The translations under genes and the position numbers were made by a program. DNA of 28,358 bases from Octopus sinensis (taxonomy: Eukaryota): assembly GCF_006345805.1 (NCBI RefSeq), contig NW_021836429.1, positions 1 to 28,358 of the forward strand. The letters run 5' to 3'. The first letter of the stretch is position 1. Each line of letters starts with the position of its first letter. The notes below the pieces were generated by a model, which was given only the letters and a program-made list of their open reading frames with translations, was not told the DNA's origin and made no database searches. This document shows, piece by piece, positions 20,766 through 28,358 of this stretch.

Positions 20766-20800
<35 letters not shown>

Positions 20801-20806
<6 letters not shown>

Positions 20807-20998
20807 CGAAATGGGACAAGAACGCAAAACATCCAAATAGACGATACAAAAAACACGGACGGGTCATTCTAAGCCTTCAATCTTCAGTCAAGAATCGGAT
20901 CATCCTTGCAATTTCTGCTGATTAATCTTGAGATTGCTCCAATCTGGCCAGCCCCAAGGAAAAACAAAGCTAAGAGCATTAGATTCCTCGGAAAAAGG
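20801..20998. mobile_element. Unclassified ~200-bp fragment flanked by (TA)n on both sides
   Basis: Complex sequence sharply bounded by TA runs; resembles a repeat I recall from octopus DNA, but there is no second copy in the window. Confidence 0.4.
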
Positions 20999-21021
20999 AT
21001 ATATATATATATATATATATG

Positions 21022-21730
21022 TATTGTCTAGATGGCCCAAAGAAAAACATCCATTTTAATGCAGGAAAATTGCAAGCCCTCCGCTACTTGCCAGATTGTG
21101 CTAACATGCTACAACAAATATACTTTGGACCAAATGGAGCGGCCATCATAGAGTCAAGCACAGTGCATGGTCTGGGCATTGATGTAAGCAGCAACACCTT
21201 GCTTCACGTGCTTAATACCAACATGGTGGCAATGTGTAGGGGAACGGTCAGATGGATTCTAAGAACTTTCAGAAGGGACCAGGAAACTGTCCTGGTTCTG
21301 CGTAAGTCCTTTTTCTTCAGCCGTCTAGAGTACTGCTCTCTAATGCGGTCGTCCCACAAATTAATGGACCAACTCAAATTAATAGTTGTTCTACATGAGG
21401 AAAAGTGCATCCATAGAATAGCTGTGCTGTTGGGAGAGACTAAGAGAACTAAACTAGGACTCTACTCCCTGGAGTGAAGACCGAAAGCACTTTCAATGAT
21501 ATACATATGGAAAATCCTGGAGGGGTTGTCACCAAACTTTGGGATCAGGCGCTATACAAGCTTCCGAATTGCACCTGACAGGAACAACTTGGGATTCAAA
21601 GGCCCACGGCTATTTGAAATCTTGTAAAAACATCTGAGGGATCTACATGGTGTAGGGGTTGATGTGTTCAAAAAACAACTTGATATGCTGCAGTAAAAGA
21701 ACCCAGATGAATCTACATCACGGCGGGGTC
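21022..21730 (+). pseudogene. Degraded CR1-type LINE ORF2 C-terminal fragment
   Basis: FNAGKLQALRY...GLGI...WILRTF...SRLEYCSL...LGLYSLE, then IYIWKILEGLSPNFG and GPRLFEIL...VDVFKKQLD in downstream frames; typical CR1 post-RT motifs. Confidence 0.78.
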
Positions 21731-21761
21731 AGACTCACTTCTTCATTACGTGAACTTTAGG

Positions 21762-21857
21762 CTTTGGCCGGCCCGATGCTGTTATTAGGGGCCAAACAGT
21801 GGGGCTGAACTCGGAGCCATGTGATTGAGAAGCAAGTTTCTTATCACAAAGCCACGC
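21762..21857 (-). mobile_element. SINE family C head fragment
   Basis: Reverse complement: gtggctttgtgataagaaacttgcttctcaatcacatggctccgagttcagccccactg, a tRNA-like head with A and B boxes. Confidence 0.7.
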
Positions 21858-22332
21858 TAACACATACGCACACATACATGCATACACACATACACATAGA
21901 TACACATCCGCGAGATTACTGGCGGTTACAATTTAGTAATCAATGACAATTTCATATATTCAGCATCTCCTCCTCCTTGCCCTCCCAGGCATCACCACAC
22001 CTAGCCTCCTTTTAACGCCTCCCTCCACACCTAAACTCCATAACCATATACCGCACCCTACAAGCTAATACGGCGACCACACCCATGTGCCACTTCCAAA
22101 CACCACTCCCTGAAACAAACTTCTTTAACACCCGAGTGTCTCATAAAACGAAAAGATAACGAGGGGCCCCTAGTTGTCGTTCAACGTGCAAGAAATAAGT
22201 GCTAAATCTTCCTCAAGGCCTACTCCACGGTTTCAGAGTAGCATGGCGAGTACAATGAACTACTGGATTATTTGTATATTATAAACTAAGACGGGATGGT
22301 CACGGCTGAAATGCATTGGATAATGAATCTAT

Positions 22333-23047
22333 GCAGAAACGTTAGCGCGCCGGGCGAAATGCTTAGCGGTGTTTCGTCTGTCTTTACGTTTTCCGCCGAG
22401 GTCGACTTTGCCTTTCATCCTTTCGGGGTCGAATAAAGAAGTACCAGTTACGCACTGGGGTCGATATAATTGACTTAATCCGTTTGTCTGTCCTTGTTTG
22501 TCCATTCTGTGTTTAGCCCCCTGTGGGTAGTAAAGAAACAGGTATTTCGTCTGTCTTTTTGTTCTGAGTTCAAATTCTGCACAGATCGACTTTGCCTTTC
22601 ATCCTTTCGGGGTCAATTTAATAAGTACCAGTTACGCACTGGGGTCGATATAATCGACTTAATCCGTTTGTCTGTCCTTGTTTGTCCCTTCTGTGTTTAG
22701 CCCCTTGTGGGTAGTAAAGAAATAGAAATAGGTATTTCGTCTGTCGTTACGTTCTGAGTTCAAATTCCGCCGAGGTCGACTTTGCCTTTCATCCTTTCGG
22801 GGTCGATTAAATAAGTACTAGTTACGCACTGGGGTCAATATAATCGACTTGATCCGTGTGTCTGTCCTTGTTTATCTCCTCTGTGTTTAGCCCCTCGTGG
22901 GTAGTAAAGAAATAGGTATTCCGTCTGTCTTACGTTCTGAGTTCAAATTCCGAGGTCAACTTTGCCTTTTATCCTCTCGGGATCGATAAATTAAGTACCA
23001 GTTGCGTACTGGGGTCGATCTAATCGACTGTCCCACCTCTCCAAAAA
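22333..23047 (+). mobile_element. Tandem tetramer of SINE family B (B1-B1-B1-B2)
   Basis: Units start at 22333, 22541, 22731 and 22915; internal units begin at ggtatttcgtctg; only the first has the A-box head; the last has the B2-type tail. Confidence 0.9.
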
Positions 23048-23289
23048 TGAATCTACTCAGTTAGAGCTGACGGATGGCTTAAAATGAAACTAAAGCAACG
23101 TCCGATAATCTGGATGATACTATGATATATATATATATATAATACACATATTTACACACACACACACCCATATATATAAACGCAGATATGCACGCTTATT
23201 TGTATTATACACACGCACCTACATAAAACAGACACGTACATACAAAATATTCATATACACATTGCACATGTATCTATCTAGATTGGGTT

Positions 23290-23490
23290 CAACTTTTAGC
23301 ACAACGCCAGTAAGTTCAGGTGAGGGGCTAAGTCGATTAAATCGACGCTAGTGCTCATTTGATACACGTTTTATCGACTCCAGAAAAGGGATGAAAGGCA
23401 AAGTCGACCTCGGTGGTATTTGAACCCAGACGAAATGCTGTTAAGAGCATTTTTGCTTGGTGCGCTAACAACTCTGCCAGCTCGCCAGCC
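23290..23490 (-). mobile_element. SINE family B copy (diverged, internally deleted)
   Basis: gggatgaaaggcaaagtcgacctcggtggtatttgaaccc...gcgctaacaactctgccagctcgcc. Confidence 0.8.
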
Positions 23491-23497
23491 TTATAAA

Positions 23498-23978
23498 TAA
23501 CTTAGATATGTTTCAACCAAAGATTTGGTCCAGGCCATGTCTAACTTAATAGTACCAACTGATAGGATTATCTAAATCCTGTTTAAATCAAGTTTTGTGG
23601 TATCATGGTTCATTAAAGTAGTGGGTTGTTGTTGAGTGAGTTGTATCCAGGTATGGGTGGCTTATCTGGTATTCCTTGAAGAAATTTGTCCAGATTCCGT
23701 TTAAAGGTGACGGGATCCTTTTCCTCTTTGATCTCTTTCGGGACAATGTTAAATAGGGCAGGGCCTGTTGAGGAAAAGAAATTGTGTCGCAGTGTACCTA
23801 TACGTTGTGATCTTGAATTGGGCAGGGGACGTATGGCCCATGGTCCCAGCCTTGGGTGAACCTTGAAGTTAATGTTCAAGTCATTTGGGCAATGCTAGTG
23901 GTATATTTTCCACATCAAGCAAATGATGAACCGCTCGCGACGACGCTGGAGAGAGTAGAGTTTCAAGCCTTTAAGGCG
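23498..23978 (-). pseudogene. 5'-truncated CR1-type LINE: ORF2 C-terminus plus 3' UTR
   Basis: RLKGLKLYSLQRRRERFIICLMWKIYH*HCPNDLNINFKVHPRLG...GPALFNIVP...FKRNLDKFLQGIPDKP, in frame with the 23613-23879 ORF. The 3' UTR ends with a gaccaa/ttggt hairpin and atatctaagtta. Confidence 0.85.
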
Positions 23979-24010
23979 TATATATATCAATATTAACAAT
24001 AATTGAACTA

Positions 24011-24060
<50 letters not shown>

Positions 24061-24069
24061 GTATGGGCA

Positions 24070-24448
24070 GCCAGCTGGAAAAGATGTTTCCTTGGGCTAA
24101 AAAGTAGTAATATCGTAGGACTGCCACGTTGTGTTGGTAAATAGACTTTACCGTACGGTACTACATATTTCTTGCCCCGAGTTGTTTTCCTCTTTACAAG
24201 ATCAGTGACTGTGTGCCGCTTTAAAAGTATACACTGTGATCATTGTCGAGTGGCTGCCATCTCTAGCCAGCGGCTGTACTTTACCGAGGAAGTGTAATAA
24301 CCCAGAAACCATTGGTCTGAGAGCAGTAGACTCCATTGCTCACAATATACGGACACACATAATGAGTCGGTTGCCAGCTAGGAAAAGATGTTTTCCTAGG
24401 TCTAAAAGGTAGTAACATCGTCCTGCGTAGGACTTCCACATTGAGTTG
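24070..24448. repeat. 303-bp unit with ~70-bp diverged terminal direct repeats
   Basis: 24070-24136 resembles 24373-24448 (gccagct.ggaaaagatg.tttcct.gg.ctaaaa.gtagtaa.atcgt...aggact.ccac.ttg.gttg). Confidence 0.65.
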
Positions 24449-24478
24449 ACAGATATACTCTATTATATATTATATATT

Positions 24479-24697
24479 TATTTATTTACTACCCACAAGT
24501 GGCTAAACACAGAGAGGACAGACACGGAGATTAAGTCGATTACATCGACCCCAGTGCGTAACTGGTACTTAATTTATCGACCCCGAAAGGATGAAAGGCA
24601 AAGTCGACCTCGGCGGAATTTGAACTCAGAACATAACGGCAGACGAAATACGGCTACGCATTTCGTCCGGCGTGCTAACGTTTCTGCCAGCTCGTCG

Positions 24698-24699
<2 letters not shown>
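24479..24699 (-). mobile_element. Full-length SINE family B (B1 tail)
   Basis: Reverse complement: ggcgacgagctggcagaaacgttagcacgccgg...gttctgagttcaaattccgccgaggtcgactttgcc...tagccacttgtgggtagtaaataa. Confidence 0.9.
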
Positions 24700-24766
<67 letters not shown>

Positions 24767-24834
24767 ATTATATATATTATATATTGTTTACATGTGTGTA
24801 TGTGTGTGTGTGTGTATGTGCGCATGAATGACTG

Positions 24835-25146
24835 TGTAGGAGTGGCTGTGTGGTAAGAAGCTAACTTCCCAACAACGTGGTTCCGGGTTCAGTCCCACTG
24901 CGTGGTACCTATTCTACTATGGCATCGGGCTGTCCAAAGCCTGTAACCAGATTTGGTAGACGGAAACTGAAAGAAGCCCGTCATATATGTGTATATACGT
25001 ATGTATTTGTGTACCTATGTTTCTCCCTCCCCCATCATCGCTTTGGGGTTCGTTAAAACAGACCGATAGAAATGGGCAGATTTGTCCGACCAAAGGTGCG
25101 GCGCTCAAGCAAGGCGGCAGTCACATGACTGAAACAAGGTAAGGAA
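24835..25146 (+). mobile_element. Composite SINE: family C tRNA head, internal TA/TG microsatellite, family A body
   Basis: A box tggctgtgtggta (24843-55), B box ggttcagtccc (24886-96), gaagcccgtc-(TA/TG)n-tgtttctccctcccccatcatcgc...catgactgaaacaagg. Confidence 0.8.
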
Positions 25147-25179
25147 TATATATTATATATATATATATAATATATATTT

Positions 25180-25345
25180 GCTTGGCAACCGATGTTGGTG
25201 TATTTACGTCCTGTAACATTGCGGTTCGGCAAAAGAAGACCCATAGAATAAGTGCCAGGCTTACAAAGAATAAGACCTGGGGTCGATTGTTCAACTAAAA
25301 GGCGGTGCTCCAGCATGGCTGCAGTCAAATGACTGAAAGAAGTAT
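25180..25345 (+). mobile_element. SINE family A copy
   Basis: ttggcaaccgatgttggtgtatttacgtcc...gcggttcggcaaaag...ccagcatggctgcagtcaaatgactgaa. Confidence 0.85.
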
Positions 25346-25368
25346 ATATATGTATATATATATATGTA

Positions 25369-25425
<57 letters not shown>

Positions 25426-25432
25426 CTCTCTC

Positions 25433-25495
<63 letters not shown>

Positions 25496-25506
25496 TACAT
25501 AAAAGG

Positions 25507-25650
25507 GGGGATGACATCCATTATGCTAGAGGTAAGACCCCCATACGGTTCTGGCGTTTGCTGAATTTTCTAGAGAACAATCTTTTCTAAGTGGTCAGAC
25601 CATATGGGCTCTACCTCTAGCATAATGGTTTCCCTTTAATGGTCATCCCC
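25507..25650. other. Long imperfect hairpin within a TA-flanked repeat fragment (~25500-25736)
   Basis: ggggatgac/gtcatcccc (9 bp), ccattatgctagaggta/tacctctagcataatgg (17 bp, perfect), ccata/tatgg, ggt-t-ctg/cagacc. Confidence 0.8.
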
Positions 25651-26049
25651 ACTTATATATTTTTCAATATGCTAGGCCACTGGTTTTTAAATTGATATTA
25701 ATCAAAATCAGTTTTTTCACCCTTATTATTTAGATTTATATATGTATATATATTATATGTATTATATATATATATACATATATATATATATTATATATAT
25801 ATATATATATATAATATATATATTATATATATATATATATATTATATATAACAATAAATATATTTGTGTTATCCTGTGCTTGATTATACACTATTTTCAT
25901 TGACATATTGAACTTGTAATCTGATGTCGCTAAACTCCATCATCGCGTCATGTTTTCTTGTTGACTTCAGCAAAAATCATTGTACAAGGAGCGTCGCCTT
26001 CGCCTTCATCTACTCGTCCCTTCCGTTTTCCTTCCCTTCTTCTTCTTCT

Positions 26050-26274
26050 TCACCACCACCACCACCACCACCGACTCACCGCGACCGCCACCATGGCTGC
26101 CACCCCCGCCAACACCGCCATCACCGACGCCGTCACCATGGCTGCCACCTCCGCCACCACCGCCATCACCGACGCCACCACCGCCATCACCGACGCCACC
26201 ACCGCCATCACCGACGCCACCACCGCCGGGAAAACAGCCGCATCACTGCTACCACCGCCACCGCCACCAGCGCA

Positions 26275-26332
<58 letters not shown>

Positions 26333-26340
26333 TACTACTA
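26050..26340. repeat. GC-rich minisatellite (21-bp unit caccaccgccatcaccgacgc x3.5, 45-bp higher-order dimer) between (CAC)n and (ACT)n runs
   Basis: Exact 21-mers at 26155, 26176 and 26197; 45-bp period between 26089 and 26134. Confidence 0.9.
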
Positions 26341-26705
26341 CATATTTTTATTGTTCCTTTCTTATTTCATCTTCCCTCCACACAGTTTTCTCCTCTTCCT
26401 TCTCCTCTCTACGTCCACTTTCCACTGCTCATAACTTCCCCCGCCGTCCACCCCTATCACACACCAGCTGCCGTTGTTGTTGTTGTTATTGTTGCTGCTA
26501 TTGTATAACCTGGGAGGCAATTTCTGAAGAAGCGAGGCAGGGGACACGTAACACTCTGCTGAGGTATTCGCTGACCGAAACAAGACACGAGCGCACCCCT
26601 TCCCCGTGTCTATTGTTCAGCCCGAATGGAGCAAAGACGCCGGTCAGAGATCCGTTGTTCTACATCTTTCATCTTTTATCTTTGTATCTTTTGTTTTTAA
26701 TCTTT

Positions 26706-27035
26706 TTTTCTTTTACTTGTTCACTCATTGAACTACGGCCATGCTGGGGCAACGCCATGAAAGGGTTTAGTCAAAACAAATCCACCCCGGTGCTTACTTT
26801 TCAAAATATCTGGTTCTTATTCTAAGGGTGTCATCTCTTAAATCGCTTTATTTCGGGGACGTAAACACGTCAAACCCGGTGGTAAAGTAGTGGATATGAA
26901 TGACAAACACAACTGCATACGCACACGCATGCGCACTTACTCATACACATATATATGCATGTATATATATGACAGGCTTCCACGCAGTTTCCGTCACCAA
27001 ATTCACTCACAGGGCGTTAGTCAGTCCAAGCTCAT
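26706..27035 (-). mobile_element. Composite SINE (C core, microsatellite, A body), diverged
   Basis: ttttacttgtt..tcattgaactacggccatgctgg...cggggacgtaaacac...gacaaacac-(CA/TA)-gacaggcttc..cagtttccgtcaccaaattcactcac. Confidence 0.75.
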
Positions 27036-27059
27036 ATGAGAAGACATTTGATCGAGGTG

Positions 27060-27140
27060 CATGATGGCGATGATGGCGATATTAATGACGATGATGATGA
27101 TGATGATGATTATAATGATGGGGATGATGATGGTGATGAA

Positions 27141-27188
<48 letters not shown>

Positions 27189-27190
27189 AT
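27060..27190. repeat. (GAT)n microsatellite
   Basis: Directly visible; source of the poly-Asp ORF at 27036-27278. Confidence 0.95.
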
Positions 27191-28358
27191 TATTATTACT
27201 AAGATGCTGATGAATATTATTAAACAGTTGAACATGAGGAGAATGATTAGTGTTGAATTTACACGTGGTAGTTCTTGAAAGATTTTGGCTTCAGGTGGAA
27301 GAGGAGGAAGATGGGGAGGAACGATCTTGCATTGCCGTGGGGTGGTGAAATCATTGAGTCCAATATTGTTGTTTTTGTTGTTCTTCTTCTTCTCCTCCCC
27401 CCTCCTCTCCCTCTACATGATGCCACAGAAGCGCATATATTTCACACGGCTACTACCGTTGTGCCAGAGAATTTAGGCAAATAGTAAAGGCGTTTTAATG
27501 CAGCTAATGTGTTGTCGTATTTCCTCCCAATTACCATAATAATTTAGATCGGGGAACACCTTATGCTTTGCATGTTTGCAGTTGAATTTTTGTTAACCAT
27601 CAGAAGGATGGGCGGGGGTTGCCTTACATGTTGAAGAACATCTATCACTTGGTGTAGAAATTTGTCTGATACTAATGATTTGATAATCTAACTTTGTAGT
27701 AAACCATTAAATGTTTCCTGATATTGATAGTTCAGCCATATTGCAGTAAAGTTGTTGCGCATCTTTACTGTTTTTGTCTTTCTCACTTCCTCAATTAACA
27801 GTTACCCTATGCGGCTCAAAAATGTCCTTTCTTCTTCTACAAGTATGCTGAGATGTTAAAACAGTATGGCGCCATGAACCTTTACTAATAAAAAAACGCA
27901 TTACTCGCATATCTCGTTGATGATCGAGCCGGAAATCAGGTAGTAATTTTTAGCTTTGATGAGAATAATAATAGCAGATAACAGCTGTTTCGATCCTTGC
28001 CGATTTTTCGTACAGTTTTACCAAATCATAGCTAAAAAAGACAAGATTCAAGAACTAACATCATGTTTTAATAACCTGAGTTATTAGGAATGTTTGTTTA
28101 TGTCCTTTTCTTTATCCCTGTTTCTAATACTGTGCCATCAATTTCATATTGGTTCTGTTCAGTGAACTTGCAGTAGTTCTATCGTCCGTGCCGCTTACTG
28201 CCCGGTGCACTGTGAATATCTAAAGACCGTAAAACCTGCTTTGGATTGCTGCAATGGCGACGACGAAGTTATTAGCAAGAAGGAACAAGGCAGACGCTCT
28301 GACTGCGTCTGAATGCCGGAAAACTTCCCTGTATTTTTGAATAGGGTCTTAGGTTCAG

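Larger units (their letters stand above)
19027..20770 (-). mobile_element. 1.74-kb non-coding element with 200-bp inverted termini and an internal hammerhead (PLE-like head-to-head insertion; a MITE is the alternative)
   Basis: 19027-19226 and 20571-20770 are inverted copies (6 mismatches in 200 bp); HHR2 lies 45 nt inside the left arm; the right end abuts (TA)n. Confidence 0.75.

Noticed and set aside
20870-20950. Minus strand contains hammerhead-like pieces (gcaatc|tcaaga, gaaattgc, tcttga-ctgaaga) in reversed order
   Set aside because: The segment order is incompatible with type I, II or III topology and no convincing stem II pairing exists; probably coincidental. It could be revisited with a family consensus.
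22140-22330. Possible additional interspersed repeat (gtcgttcaac...agacgggatggtcacggctg)
   Set aside because: It resembles a repeat I recall from octopus DNA, but there is no second copy or diagnostic motif in the window to support a call.
22333-23047. Regularly spaced repeats superficially resembling a CRISPR array or satellite
   Set aside because: Units are ~185-200-bp SINE copies with no unique spacers, in eukaryotic context with no cas genes.
24835-24900. tRNA gene
   Set aside because: A and B boxes are present but there is no cloverleaf or acceptor stem; it is a SINE head continuing into the SINE body.
25545-25605. Minus-strand ctgacca...gaaa inside the long hairpin as a possible hammerhead
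   Set aside because: G8 is missing and there is no helix III or UH triplet; the pairing is simply the hairpin continuing.
25924-26825. His-, Pro- and Thr-rich ORFs of 158-281 aa
   Set aside because: All three frames are open only because of C-rich triplet repeats; no domain signal.
27975-28020. gaaacagctgtt on the minus strand with upstream ctgtacga
   Set aside because: The core needs an insertion, stem II is only 3 bp without the G-C closing pair, and there is no stem I complementarity.

Overview
Eukaryotic (metazoan) repeat-dominated DNA with no recognisable host gene. The AT-rich, microsatellite-saturated composition and the tRNA-derived SINE families resemble octopus/cephalopod genomes; this is inference from recalled repeat families and was not verified. 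Almost all ORFs in the supplied track are microsatellite artefacts. The real coding remnants are all retroelements: one apparently full-length, decayed Tx1/L1-clade LINE on the minus strand (9329-14147; ORF1 plus APE-RT-zinc-finger ORF2; 14-bp target-site duplication) and three CR1-type LINE fragments. The main hidden signal is a set of type I hammerhead ribozyme (HHR) motifs in small, non-coding, microsatellite-anchored elements that look like retrozymes or non-autonomous Penelope-like elements (PLEs). (1) A 356-nt unit with 138-bp terminal direct repeats and a near-canonical HHR (9257-9318, minus), into which the Tx1 LINE inserted exactly at the ribozyme's 5' edge. (2) A 1.74-kb element with 200-bp inverted ends and an HHR with a long stem II (19271-19386, minus). 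(3) A degenerate HHR (4274-4392, plus). (4) An HHR 3' half (4982-4997, minus). All four have a 2-bp helix III closed by a palindrome (ACUGCAGU or ACAGCUGU), the hallmark of dimer-acting minimal hammerheads. The rest is SINEs (some in ordered tandem arrays), unclassified TA-flanked repeats and long simple repeats. Coordinates and identities come from manual reading and may be off by a few bases.
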